64,000 nt of DNA from Octopus sinensis (GCF_006345805.1 NC_043005.1:97898001-97962000); one strand, 5' to 3'. Shown: positions 1 to 12,974, numbered from the stretch's first letter. The notes: generated from the sequence alone by a model not told the origin. Translations and numbers: made by a program.

Positions 1-154
<154 letters not shown>

Positions 155-239
155 TATATACCAAATTTCATTCATTCAGCACTGATGAAACTGAGGTTAT
201 ATAGATGACACTTGCCTAAAATACCTTACAACAAAGAGC

Positions 240-1020
240 AAATCCAAAACTGCTTGTAGGGGTAACACAACTTGTCCACTAAACAGATAATGCAATGTAG
301 AAACAGTTGTTTATGAGGCAGAAGTAACAGCAACATGACCCAATGGACAACCGAGCATGTGGAAATATGTGGGGGCAATGGAAGGCCCCTTCAGAACCCA
401 CTTTAATAACCACAAGTCCTCATTCAACATCCCAGAGAGACGTGATGCCACAGCCCTAGCCAAACACATATGGACTTTGAAAGAAAACACCACGGAGTAC
501 AGTATAAAGTGGAAGATCATAGAAAGATGCAAACCATACTTCAATAGTTACAGGAAATGCAGATTATGCCTCCCTAGAAAAGAGGGCAATTTTAAAAGTT
601 ACCCAATTCCCGGATGTTTACCTGAACAGCTGGAATGAAGTGTTTAATCCTTGTCTGCATGAAAGAAAGTATATTCTGTCGTACCTGTGCAACCCACCAT
701 GACTGCAACCACGGATCCCCTGCCTTGACATTCCACAAACGACTTTCCACCAATGCCCTTAGAACCAGCATAAAGAGTTTGAACAAGACATGCACCCATG
801 TACACATATGCACACACTCATAAGGTGAATACCCCACAGTGAGCTATCCCCTACTACCCCCAGCACATACCCCCTTATGCAAATTGTACTCCACATATAG
901 ACACCCCTCCTGACACACATTATACATTACACACTGCATGCTTATACAAAAAAAAACCCACAGATTTATCCTTTACAGAAAGAAAACAGAGTAAGCAACA
1001 CAACACTATATATATCTACA
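240..1020 (+). mobile_element. Penelope-like element (Neptune-type) 3' remnant: Cys linker, GIY-YIG endonuclease, A/C-rich 3' region
   Basis: Translates as ACRGNTTCPLN*CNVETVVYEAEV...YVGAMEGPFRTHFNNHKSSF...LAKHIWTLKE...WKII...CRLCL, with stops and frameshifts. This fits the CPLxGxC..VVY linker and GIY-YIG pattern of Neptune PLEs. Confidence 0.85.
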
Positions 1021-1041
1021 CCCTCAGAAAAATTATATATA

Positions 1042-1316
1042 TTAGGTTGTTTGGAAAATACTGTGTGATTTTTTGAAAACATTTTTTCAACTTCAATTTA
1101 AGATATTATTTTTGTTGTGTTTTTGATGAAATTTTACATGTTTACTAATTGATGTGCATTCTTTAATAAATTAATACTGATTTATTTTAGAATATAATTT
1201 TGAAGCATAGAAATCTTTAATTTCAAGCATGAAATGGAAGAAATGTGTTTAATTTTTTTGCATGAATTCAAGCCTGGGCATAATGCTTCCCAAACAGCTA
1301 CCACTATCAACAGATA
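1042..1316 (+). mobile_element. mariner 5' fragment (TIR and transposase N-terminus)
   Basis: TA followed by ttaggttg TIR-like start; MEEMCLIFLHEFKPGHNASQTATTINR resembles the mariner N-terminal HTH. Confidence 0.65.
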
Positions 1317-1339
1317 TCAAGCACATCTAGGCTTTGAAA

Positions 1340-2200
1340 GAAAGTGCAATGGAGTAACGTATAAAGTGGAAGATCCTAGAAAAATGCAAACCATACTTCA
1401 ATAGCAGCAGGAAGAGCAGATTATGCCTGGCTGAGAAAAGAGCAATTTTAAAAGGGATCCAACGCCCAGATGTCTACTTGAATAGCAGGAGTGAGGTGTT
1501 TAATCCTTGCCTGCATGAAAGGAAGTACATCCTATTGTACCTACTCGTCCCACCATGGTCTCCTTCTTTGATCCTTCACCAACGACCACCCACTGATAAC
1601 CTCGGGCCTGACAAAAAGAGTTTGACTAAAGCACACACCAATGCATTTATGTACACACATGCACACCCTTATAAGACAGACATACCACAAAATAGGCTGT
1701 CTCCCATCACTCCCCAACCCTAACCTTAACCCCTGCACACAAATTGTACCCTCACACATGCACAGACCCCCTCTCCCCACACATTACACACCACATGCTA
1801 ACATAAAACGGCCCCCCCCCATAACTGTATCCTTTACAGAAAGAAAACAGACCAACAAACACAGCTATATATACCTACACCCACAGGGGCACCACATTAA
1901 TAATACACACCTCACTTCAAGACAACTCTTACTGACATTATAGCATACCCAACCAATGGACATAACTCCTAACCTAATCCCCTGACCCTTTTATGTTTCA
2001 CCACCTCTTTTCATGACAGTTGCTGACTGATTGTGCTAATCCACCTCTCACAATAGAAAGCAGTTACCGTGTTCCCTTCCATATCGGCTAACTCTGATGA
2101 GCATAAAGTTACATAATCAGATGTTACCTAACAATCCATTGTATTCTTTATGTGAAACTAATTGGTAAGATCAGCCATGATAAATATCTAATACTATACA
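1340..2200 (+). mobile_element. second diverged PLE 3' remnant (endonuclease C-terminus and pLTR-like region)
   Basis: 1365-1900 aligns by eye with 505-1020 (aagtggaagatc.tagaaa.atgcaaaccatacttcaatag...); followed by an HHR motif. Confidence 0.8.
2086..2176 (+). ncRNA. hammerhead ribozyme motif, type I, partly degenerate
   Basis: CTGATGA (2094-2100); stem II GCATAAAG/CTTTATGT; GAAAC (2154-2158); near-palindromic stem III ACTAATTGGT; GTA triplet (2165-2167); stem I GGCT/AGCC with mismatches near the core. Confidence 0.7.
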
Positions 2201-2432
2201 TTTTAGATAATATATATATGTAGTTAACTTATATTTATGTAGAAGCCTTGTAGGATGTTGAGTAAGGCTTGTCCTCTGTTTTTTGCTATCTGATGTCATC
2301 AGCAATAGAGATGCATATGCTACTGGAGTTATTTTAGGAATTCCTTGAGATCCATAGAGTTTATATAAATAGATTAGAGACAGAAAATAGAATTCACAGG
2401 ATTCTTTTTCAAATCTACTACAATTGTTTCAG

Positions 2433-2520
2433 CTCATTTTGCACCTATCACGGGTAAGATGTTGTGCAATCAATTGTCTTGCATCACAGGTGCTGATTGC
2501 ACCTCCTCAGGTGACTTTAA
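2433..2520 (+). CDS. candidate host exon, unidentified (HFAPITGKMLCNQLSCITGADCTSSGDF in one of two open frames)
   Basis: tgtttcag| acceptor, |gtaagt donor, 88 nt, non-repetitive sequence. No protein family recognised. Confidence 0.3.
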
Positions 2521-2817
2521 GTAAGTATCTCACTATTTCTCCTCACCATTTCACTTAGCCTTATGACAATATATATATATGGGTAGTTGCTACACTCTGG
2601 CAGTGTTCAAAAGAAACTGAGAAAGAAAATACTGTTACAGTAAAAAAAATAAAGTACACTTATAAGAAAACATTGACAAATAAAAATTACAAAAACATAA
2701 AACATAAATGTGATGAAAATAAAACTGAACATTTATTGATGAGATATACATGCAATCAAAAGAATGGTATAAGCAATGTGTGTGTGTGTGTGTGTATAAT
2801 GTGCTTAGCAGAGAATA

Positions 2818-3565
2818 AATGTGTGGGCCTCACCGAGGAAATGTCTACTGACCGAGACTTTTGGAAACATGCTGTGTGTGAGAAAACCTGGCAAGCCAAA
2901 TGGGATCATAATCTTGTGACCTATGCCAGGGGCATTACCAACCCACTTATGCGTACCTTTTCCTTCTTTGGACACTAAAACTCTGCTTGCAACGACCTGT
3001 TGAGGCAAGTGAAATCAAAAATTAAAAATCAAAATCAAAATCAAATTTGATGTCTGGCGTCCTTGCTAGTGGGGTGCAAAGAGCACCATACGAGTGTGAT
3101 CATTGACAGAGCGGCTAACCGGCTTCTGTGCCAGTGGCACATAAAAGACACCATTTAAGCGTGATCGTTACCAGCGTCACATTCCTGGCACTTGAGCCCA
3201 ATGCTAATAGGGTATTAAGAGCACCATCCGAGCATGATCATTGCCAAAGTGGCTATCTGGCCTCCGTGCCGGTGGCACGTAAAAGACACCATTCGAGTGT
3301 GATTGTTACCAGCATCGCTTTACTGGCACCTGTGCTGGTGGCATGTGTAAAAGATTAGAGCGAGGTCATTGCCAGTGCCGCCTGACTGGCCCTGTGCTGG
3401 TGGCATGTAAAAGCACCCACTACACTCTCAGAGTGGTTGCGTTAGGAAGGGCATCCAGCTGTAGCAACTCTGCCAGATTAAGATTGAAGCCTGGTGCAGC
3501 CATCTGGTTCACCAGTCCTCAGTCAAAATCATCCAACCCATGCTAGCATGGAATGCGGACGTTAA

Positions 3566-3598
<33 letters not shown>
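2818..3598 (+). mobile_element. RTE LINE 3' fragment (ORF end, 3' UTR, (GAT)n tail)
   Basis: GLTEEMSTDRDFWKHAVCEKT matches the C-terminus of the 50887-51627 ORF; ends ccaacccatgctagcatgg...(gat)n. Confidence 0.9.
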
Positions 3599-4644
3599 TT
3601 GTACATCAATTTCAAGTCCATTTCCTCTATCAGGTTTGTTTTTCCTTCCTTCAGATCTGATTCTTTGATTTCAATTGATAGCTTAAATAATGTTAAAGAC
3701 GATGCTTCTGTTTTCATTGAATCAAAATCTTCCATGTTATTACTGATAGATGGAAGCATTTGTTTAAAAAACAAAAAATCTCCAAAAACCCATCAGCATC
3801 TACAAACAACAAACCACTGCCACCACCTTTCTTCACGAGTGCTTAATAAGTGTTGAAGGTTTACCAGAAAGACTAAAATCCTCGTGATAAGCTAATGCGG
3901 TTCACTGCTTTAAAAAGCAGCCAAGTCTCCCTCTGAAAATGAAGTACCTATGGGACATGGTGGACTTTGATTAACAAAAAGACAGGATGATAGCAGGGTG
4001 AAAGCCCAAAGTCAATTCTGGTTCAGCAGACAGATGACCAGAGGCTTCTATCCATGACCATCTCATCTTTTTGTACATTGAGGACTACATGATTTAATGT
4101 ATCCTATAGTGTAATTTAAGGATTTTGCTGCTCTTTCTAGAAAGCAAAGTGACTGCATAGAGGCTTCTGCACATCCATTATGGTGTTTCCCTTCAGAGGG
4201 TATATAACTCTCTATTTCATCTAGTTTGCTTGACTGAACAAAGAACAGATTTTATACTCGTTTCATGGTTGAGCGATTAGTGTTAATAAGGGCATTCAGC
4301 TGTGAAGACAATTGCTCTTATACATATGATCTCACACAGCAAGGCAAATATTGCAAAATGGTTGTAAAACAGTTTAAAAAACAAACATAAAACAATCCGT
4401 ATTGAGAACAATGAGAGAGAAACGGTGGGGAGCTGGAGCTAAAGAACAACGTTTGGAAGCTAGTTGCTCAATCTGCTAGAAATAACAGCCAAGTTTCCTT
4501 CAAATCAAACCTTACTGTTTTTTAAAAAAAGCAAGAACACATTCAGTAATGTAGTTTTGGAAACGCTTTTCTTTTATTCTGATATTTTTTAAAATTCTGT
4601 TACTTGTTTCAGTCAGTTCAAATGAGTAAAATAGCCTAAATGGG

Positions 4645-5395
4645 ATGGGAACCTGTGGAAGAGGAGGACCCAGGAAGATGTGGGATGAAGTGGTGAGAAG
4701 TGATCTTCAGATGTTGAGCCTTGTAGAAGCAATGACAAAGGACTGTGACAACTTGTGATATGCTTTTCTTGAGAAGACCTGCCCAGCAAAGTAAAACCCA
4801 CGTCCATGACCCCTTCTCCTCTCCCACAACCCACCTGTGCTCACTACCCATAGTCTTCCTATTTCCCTCCATTTTCCCCCCACATGTTCACCTACCTACC
4901 TTGTTAAATCCCTTCCCCCACTCTTGTTTTGAAATCTTGTGAAGTCACCCACCTACATTCCCTCTCCAATTCCTGGCCCACCCCACTAAATACACCACCC
5001 TGTAACTTGAGTGTATGGCCCCATCCCCCTCTCTCTCACATCTTCACCATCTTTCTCTCCTCTCTCTCTCTTCTCCATCTAAAATAGCCATGTCTTTTTC
5101 CTAATGCAAAACACCTTTCCATCCCTCAATACTACTTTCCCTCCACCTTTTGAGGGGTTTTGTCCTGCAAGTTACTTGGTGACCCCACCCCTGCTGGTGC
5201 CATGTAAAAAGTACCCAGTACACTATGTAAAGTGGTTGATATTAGGAAAGACATCAAACTGCAGGAACCATGTTGAAATAGACAGCAGAGCTTATTGTAG
5301 TCTTTTGACTTGTCAGTTCATGTCAAACTGTCCAACCCATGCCATCATGGAAAATGGACATTCAATGATGATGATGGTGATGATGATGATGATGA
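4645..5395 (+). mobile_element. older RTE LINE 3' fragment
   Basis: GTCGRGGPRKMWDEVVRSDLQMLSL matches the RTE ORF end; RTE terminus and (gat)n at 5190-5395. Confidence 0.75.
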
Positions 5396-5489
5396 TACCG
5401 CTTCTGCCACCGCTGATGATGACACTGAAGATGACAATGACGATGATGATGACAATATCGATGATGCTCCATTAGCTTCAAACAGCATC

Positions 5490-6200
5490 TTTATTTTGGG
5501 ATGTTTCCCAATGATGCTTATTCTACGAACCTCAGACGATACATCTAGTTGAGTCTGTGTAGTTATCCACTTCATCTGGCCTCTAAGTCTTTTTAAATCA
5601 AACTTCACTTCTTCCCTTCTTAACTCATCATTGTTTTCTAAGTGTCCTTCCTTTCTGTTGGAGATATGAATGAGATGCATAGTTCTGCCTCAATAGGGAT
5701 TCCTCTCTTTGTTTTAGAATTCAATTCTAAACAGCTGAATGTTCCACGCTCATGAGTTCCCAGTTGGAACACCTTTATTGCTATTCTGATCACATTCTTC
5801 TCAAACAATTCATTTCCACACAAAATAAAATTGTCCACATGCATTGCCATCAGGCCGGTCAGTTTCTTACTTGCATCATGCCAGAGATGAAGCATTGTCA
5901 TAATCACTCACAGCTCCAACCAACTGGATCAGCATTTGAGTGACACTCTTATATCATGGATAAATTGCATCATTTGGTCCACTGATGCATCTCTTCAGCT
6001 TTCGCATGAGTAATTTTGGATAGAAATCTAAAGACAACTTTAGTTCCTCTCTTCAAAAAACTTCTCTCTTCAAACTATCATGCTGCAAAAATGCTGAGGT
6101 GAATCCAAGAATCTGTACTTGCCAATTCGTAACTGATGCAGTTAACAATATTAACTGCATGGTTTCATGACTAGCAGAACCATCAACCTGTTTCTATGGA
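5490..6200 (-). pseudogene. Ty1/Copia reverse transcriptase fragment
   Basis: Minus-strand peptides WQVQ...SAFLQHDSLKREVF, KLKRCISGPNDA, GLMAMHVDNFILCG and LRGQMKWITTQTQLDV follow the Copia RT motif order. Confidence 0.75.
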
Positions 6201-6309
6201 GAGAATATTATTTTGTTTTCAGGGCATTGAAGTACAAGCTGGAGCAATGGCAATTAGAAACACTATTTATAGGACACAGTAGCTGTAGATAAATAACAAA
6301 AACGATGTC

Positions 6310-6660
6310 TTATTTTACAAGACAAAACCATTGAGCTTAAGTAAAGGAGATGACTATCTATCATTTATTTGGTCTCTGTATACAGGCCGGATTAAAAACA
6401 AATAAGGACTTACAGTCATCATTAATCTCCCTAAAAATGTTTGTGATCATCTCAGAAATTTAATAACTCCTGAAATTCAACAGAAAAAAGGGTTGAAACT
6501 AATTACTGACTAGTTTGATATTTACCTACAAGATGAACAAGCATGGGCATATGCAACATGTAAAGAATCTCATTCCTATAAACATCCTACTAGTACAAGT
6601 TTGAGTGATTTTCTTGTAAGGACTGAAATGCTTTATAAAAGACCATTGCAATCTGTAATT
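6310..6660 (+). pseudogene. Copia gag-like fragment
   Basis: LPKNVCDHL...GLKLITD*FDIYLQDEQAWAYA...YKHPTSTSLSDFLVRTEMLYK resembles Copia gag of marine invertebrates. Confidence 0.5.
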
Positions 6661-7719
6661 ACTTCACAAGAAAGTGTTCAAGCTGTTTTTTGTATTAAGT
6701 ACTGTGGACATATCTGAAGAAAATGAAGAGTTTATCTCACAGACACAACAATTGTTGTGCCAAGAGAGACAACCCAATATTAACAGAGGACACTTCTCCA
6801 AAGTGTCACACAATGGAACTGAACCTGAAGCCACATGGTTGCTGAGCAAACTTCTTAACCACACAGCCATGCCAGTCTGCAAAAATATGTAGAAAAAAAG
6901 ATGGGATGATTAGTTGGAATGTCATTGCTCATAGGGTCTGCTCCCTGATCAATAAATCCTCTCCTTCCCCCTTCTTTGCTCCTACTACTAACTTTTTTTA
7001 CAGTCTTTACCAAACTTTAGTAGTCAAAGGACACAAATTTTTCTATCATCAGTAAAAGATTTAGTCCAGAACATCGAAAGTTAATCCTTGTTATGACAAT
7101 TATTTGAACTTAAAATTTTAAGAATGAATGAGTGAGTATGCCCATCATCTGGCTGATGCTTGGGGACCTCAGACACAAACCACCACTCTTTGCTAAACAC
7201 TGGGATCTCTTCTCAGGCTGCAACTGTACAAGAGAGACCTACTAAATCTTCCTTGCTCAGTCTTTGATGTTAACACCTGACCTTTGTCTTCATCACTTAT
7301 GATCCCATTTTCCATCCAGCCAAATTCTGGAGCTGTGGACACAAAGTTCTGGGCCCTGATAACATAGCCAAAATATTGTAGTTTTCACAGTCAAACCATT
7401 GTCACTAACACACAACTCCTTCACAATTGTATTATTCTTCCTTGGGACTACCCAATTGATTTGCTGTACTTACTTGTACATCATCTCAAATGTCCTCGAT
7501 GTCAGTCTATGCTTTTCACCCATAAAACACAACTGATTGAGACCAAAATTTTTTTAAAGTTTCAACTTAATGCTTTTGATGGAGGTACAGTCTTTCCGTG
7601 TTGTATGTTTCACCTGTAAAAATTTTTTACCGATGCTAACCACAACTAGTTTTCTGGAATTCTGTTATTCATTTTTTTATTAATTTGTCATTTTCGTTAT
7701 CATCATTATCTTCATCTTT

Positions 7720-7920
7720 CTCATTGTCCTCCTCCTCCCCTCCCCCTTCCCCTCATCTGCCTCCTCTTTCCTCCTCCTCTTGCTTCCCCTCTTCTTTCTC
7801 CTCCTGCCCCCTCCCATCCTCCCCCACCCTCCCTCACTTCCTCCTCTTTCTCCTCCTGCACCCCTCCTCTCCTCCTCCTCACCACCACCACCACCATCAA
7901 TCAATCAATCAATCATCCAT
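7720..7920. repeat. (CCT)n / (CCA)n / (ATCA)n low-complexity tract
   Basis: Direct reading of the sequence. Confidence 0.9.
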
Positions 7921-8527
7921 CATTTGCTCTCAGCTGGTTCAATACCATGGATTACCATCTCGGTCTTTTATTGTGCTGTCCTTATTGCATTCACTGTATT
8001 TTAAGTCTGTCCAATTCTAAAACTTTATTTCAAAAGAATTGTTTTTAGCCATTTGGTGTTCCATGACTAAATTCAGTTGGCAGGGCTTGAAAATGTTTCC
8101 TGGTTGAGTTAGTGACAACGGAATCGGGAACTTGTTGCATTCACAAATTGCTTTTGTTAGCAATGGTGGTGGTGATGGTGTTTAGATCCGAGCCAGCTTT
8201 GATCAAGCATTCATATGATCAAAGGTAGTTCAGCTGTAACTATTATCCAATGTCCTTCCTACTTTAAAGATAGTAGGGTGTGATTTGAAAGAGATTTAGC
8301 TGCTATTTCTAGCAGGTTGAGTAACCATACAAAGGGTCATAGTTTACACGATTTTAAAGTAGTAAGCCATTCGAATTAACATTTACTTTCAGTAGCTCAG
8401 TCATATTTATATCTTCAGAGATGTTGTTTGTTGTTTTTCTTGTTTGACTCCAGATCAGTAATGATTGAACAGACTAAATTATGATCAAAAGAGTTCTAAC
8501 CATGACTGCCCATCCTTTTCTCAGGCA

Positions 8528-8715
8528 TATCATCATCATCATCGTTTAACGTCCGTTTTCCATGCTAGCATGGGTTGGACGGTTTGACCGGGGTCTGGGA
8601 AGCCAGGAGGCTGCACCAGGCTCCAGTCTGATCTGGCAGTGTTTCTAGAGCTGGATGTCCTTCCTAACGCCAACCACTCTGTGAGTGTAGTGGGTGCTTT
8701 TTACGTGCCAAGTGA
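8528..8715 (-). mobile_element. RTE 3'-terminal fragment
   Basis: Reverse complement of the 54000-54186 terminus, with (cat)n. Confidence 0.9.
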
Positions 8716-8857
8716 GGCATATCTAAAACTAGATTATCCAACCCGTTCTTTGTTTAAAAAATGTAGAATTAGGCACCAAGGTCAGGGGATTGGCAGAAAT
8801 ATAACAGATCTCCAGAACAGGTGACTGTTTTTCATCCTTGTAAATGATGAGTAGATA

Positions 8858-9245
8858 CATAGGTGTGGTTGCATGGTTAAGAAGCTTACTTCCCAATCAT
8901 ATTGTTTTGGGTTCAATCTCACAGTGCAGCATCTTAGGCAAATATTTTCTACAAAAGTCCTAGAGCCAACGAAAGCCTTGTGAGTGGATATGTAAATGGA
9001 AACCAAAAGAAGTCACATATATATAAACAGCTATGTGTGTGTGTGTGTTTGTCCCTCACCACTGCTTGATGGCTGGTGTTGGTTTGTTTATGTCTCCATA
9101 ACTTAGTGTTTCAGCAAAAGAGACCACTAAAATAAGTGCTACACTCTAAAAATGTGTACCAGGGTTGATTTGTTCAGCTGAACTCTTCGAGGCAGTGCCC
9201 CAGCATGGCCACAGTCCAATGATTGAAGTAAGTAATAGATAAAAG
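8858..9245 (+). mobile_element. tRNA-derived SINE, type B (CORE-like centre)
   Basis: Homologous to 40148-40545: A/B-box-like head, then ...ggcaagtg..ttctactatagc..., internal (GT)n, tail ...cagtc.aatgactgaa. Confidence 0.8.
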
Positions 9246-9384
9246 ACACATGCATATATATGTATGTACAGATTCTACTCATCATCATCATCATTGTCAT
9301 CATCGCCATCACCACCACCACCACCACCACCACCACCAAAACCACCACCACCACCACCAAAACCACCACCACCACCACCACCAC

Positions 9385-9800
9385 CACCATCACCATCGTT
9401 TAACATCTGCTCTCCATATTGGCATGGGTGGACAGTCTGACATGGAGCTGGCTAGCAGGGAGATGTCCATACTCCAGCTGTCTGTTGTGGCACAGTTTCT
9501 ACAGCTGGATGCCCTTCCTTGTGCCAACTACTTGACAAAGTGTGCTGGGTGATTTTTATGTGTCACTGTCATGGGTGGGTTTACACATCCACAACACAGG
9601 TGCATTAATGCAGCACCATTACAGGTGCTTTTCTTTAAGTGACACCAGCACCTGAAAGGACAATCCTGTATGTGTGGAAGACTAATTTTTACTTAGCTTG
9701 ACATGTCTTATCAACTACAGCAAATCGCCACATCTCCCAGTCCCATGTCATTTCCTCAGTGAGGCCCAGCATCCAAAGATAATTTCTCAAAAATAAGAGA
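9385..9800 (-). mobile_element. RTE 3' UTR fragment
   Basis: tttaacatc..ctccat...gtttctacagctggatgcccttcct motif, preceded by (CAC)n. Confidence 0.75.
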
Positions 9801-10241
9801 TATTTAAATGAAAGACCGTCTATTCCCTGATGTCTTAACTAAATGGAGGAGTCAGGACAGGAATACCTTTGATCACTGGTCTGCTTCATTAGAGTTTACC
9901 TGGAGCTAAACATCAACATCTTGGCAGCAGAATGGTTAAAACAGCAGTTCTCAAATTGGCAAAAATGAGTTGTAACTATAATTCACGAGGCCAGGTGTGT
10001 CATATTCTGTGTCATGTGAATCTCCTTGAGAACTACGTTAAGGGTATCTATGTCTGTGGAGTGCTCAGCCACTTGCAGGTTAATTTCATGAGCAGGCTGT
10101 TCTGTTTATTGGATCAACTGAATCCCTTGTTGTCATAAATGACAAAGTGCCAAGTACTTATGTCCTTGTGAGCAAGCAGAGACACTTTCTTGGACCTCTC
10201 ACCTTGGACCTAGTTGGAACAACCAGGATTTGAGTAGTGGG

Positions 10242-10243
<2 letters not shown>

Positions 10244-10328
<85 letters not shown>
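10244..10328. repeat. (GA)n microsatellite
   Basis: Direct reading of the sequence. Confidence 0.97.
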
Positions 10329-10329
<1 letters not shown>

Positions 10330-10371
10330 GAATTGCTCTAGAACCTGACTGATATTCATTATTAGCTGAGT

Positions 10372-10575
10372 AGAAGGTGGCTACTGGCAGAATTGCTAGT
10401 ACACCGGGCAAAATGCTTAGTGGCATTTGGTCTGTCTTTACTTTTGGGGTTGGCCTTGCTTTTTATCCTTTCAGGGTCGATAAATTAAGTACCACTGAAA
10501 TACTGGGATCGATGTAATTGACTAGTCCCCTCCCCCAAAATTTCAGGCCCTGTGCCTTTAGCAGAAAGCATTATT
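10372..10575 (+). mobile_element. tRNA-derived SINE, type A, tail variant 1
   Basis: Head ctggcagaat.gttag, central cctttcagggtcgataaattaagtacc, tail cccctcccccaaaatttcaggcc..tgtgcc. Confidence 0.85.
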
Positions 10576-11269
10576 AGCAGAGTACACTGGAGCAACATAA
10601 AATGAAGTGTCTTGCTTAAAAACATATCACATTGCCTGGTCTAGGAATTGAACCGTAAACCTTATGACTGTGAGCTGAATATATCAAATACTAGGCGACA
10701 TACCTTCAAGAAATGGAAAGCAGTCATAGTCACCAGTTAACTATTTATCATGACATTTAGCTTCCTTTGAAAGGAAATTAGAAAATGAATTTACCTTCAA
10801 ATTCATCCTAATTTAAAGATGTAATTGAATTTTAAAAAATAAACTTTAATAATTTATAATATAGTTGTCGTTATTAAATTTGAATAATAAAATGTCTTCA
10901 ATTTTACAAATTATTATTATTTTGTTCTGTTAAGTGGCAGAAGTATTTTTAAATTCATTCATTTATTTATTTATTATCTATTTATTTTTATTCTTTGTAA
11001 CCTGAAAGAAATTAACAGAAAATACATTTAATTTTATGTAATGCAATGCTGACCAAAATTACTTCAATAATATCTCTCTTAAGATCTGGCAATTTCACAT
11101 ACTGATGGTTGTGGTGGTGGTGGTGATAGTGGCAGTGGTAGCAGTGGCAGTATGGGGTCAGTGATCATTGTTATTGTCACTCCTGGTCAGACTCAATCAA
11201 AGGGGTTCCTGCTATGAACATCCTATTTATTTATTTATTTTTTGTTGTTTTACATCTCAGAAATGCTTT

Positions 11270-11530
11270 ACACCCATCCAGCCAAGTGAAATCGTAATCG
11301 TGGTTTCATGCTGGTGTCACATAACTGGGACCTGTGCTGGTGGCACGTAAGAAGCACACATTACCCTCTTGGAGTGGTTGGAATTAGGAAGGGCATCCAG
11401 CCATAGAAACAATGCCAAATCGGATTAGAACCTGGTGCAGCTCCCCAGCTTACCAGTTTCAGTCAAACTGTCTAACCCATGCCAGTGAAGAAAATAGATG
11501 CTAAATGATGATGATGAGGATGTGATGATG
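11270..11530 (+). mobile_element. RTE 3'-terminal fragment
   Basis: ggagtggttgg..ttaggaagggcatccag motif and (gat)n tail. Confidence 0.85.
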
Positions 11531-12458
11531 GTGAAAGTGTATCCAAGATGACATTATCCAGCAATATAAACATTTTTTTTTAAGATGATAGACTATGATT
11601 TGGGATCTGAGAGAAATTTTGCTGCTATTTCAAACAAGTCAATTAACCAAATAGAAGCTTCCCTTGATTTACCATGGTGTGGTCAATGGAATTTATATCT
11701 CACCATCAATTTTAACTAATTAGTTTTCTAATAGTTAATTTCCTGTGGAGAAGTCAACAGATTTCCTCAGATCCCTAATTGTGTAGCAGAACATTAATCA
11801 TAATCAAATTTGACCTTGGATGGAATATCAGCTGTTTAATTTTTAGTGGTTTGATCTGAAGGAAGGGCTCAGCCTCTGACCTTCAGTGACACTCAATAGC
11901 GGTCAGGTTAATGCTGTTGATTATTCTTGAAAAGTTGTAATTTAGCAGATGCTTGAATAACAAAGAATGGAACTGTAGCTGGTTGACATTCTGGAGAGGA
12001 AGAATTGGTCAGTGTTGTGCTTTGAGGTAGACACGGTACAAATAATGAGAGGTGGCAATATGAGTTGGTCAGAGGATGTGGTACAAAAACTGCTACTGTC
12101 ATCATTCTCGTCGTCATCATAGTCAGTGTTGGCATCAGCATCCATGCTGTCAGCATTGGCGCTGCCATCTTTGTAATCATCATCATCATCATCGTCATGT
12201 AATTTGATGCATAATGTTAATAGCCTTAAATTAATTTAAAATTGACATAAAAGAAAACTGATCTATGTAACAAAAACAATACCTATAATAATAGAGATTT
12301 TTTTTTAAACCTATAAACAATTTCCCCAGAGTTGAATCTCAAATTTCTGCAAGTAATCCTGAAATCCTTCAGAGACATCATCATCGTTGCCCTCCTCCTC
12401 CTCCTCCTCTCTCTCTGTCTCTGTCTCTCTCTCTATATATATATGTATATATATATAT

Positions 12459-12925
12459 ATTTGAAATATTACTTTATAAAAATAGGGTAAAGTAAAATAA
12501 TTTACTTTACCACAAACCAAGCTTTTTAGAAATAGCAGCCAAAAATTTGGCTATTTCTTCTACTGCAAGAAAAGTCTCCCAGACAATGCACACTCAGAAA
12601 TGAACGAAATCTTGGCGTTTAGTCAACTAATCCAGAAACAGGCTTGTCCTCGGGTATCTCGTATGGATGTGTCTTTCATTGTTTTTCCCTTATACCTATG
12701 TGAGTTATTTCTGAGTATGCATTGTCTGGGAGATTTTTCTTGCAGTAGAAGAAATAGCCCAATTTTTGGCTGCTATTTCTAAAAAGCTCGGTGTGTGGTA
12801 AAGTAAATTATTTTACTTTACCCTATTTTTATAAAGTAATATTTCAAATATACCGTAAATGGTCGTTTTACATACCGAACACTGCTCGGTCGAATTAATT
12901 AATAATTAATTAATTTTACCCTTTT
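12459..12925. mobile_element. fold-back element in (TA)n: about 145-bp inverted arms, about 100-nt loop, one-sided tail
   Basis: Arms about 12459-12601 and 12707-12850 are reverse complements with few mismatches; tail 12851-12925; (TA)n on both sides. Confidence 0.85.
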
Positions 12926-12933
12926 TATTGACA

Positions 12934-12974
<41 letters not shown>

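Noticed and set aside
7150-7400. Minus-strand PEFGWMENG...Cys-containing peptides resembling a CXC-type DNA transposon C-terminus
   Set aside because: Needs several frameshifts and no TIR was found; too weak without a search.
10985-11025. Strong minus-strand acceptor tttctttcag| followed by GYKE*
   Set aside because: Too short to distinguish from chance in AT-rich DNA.
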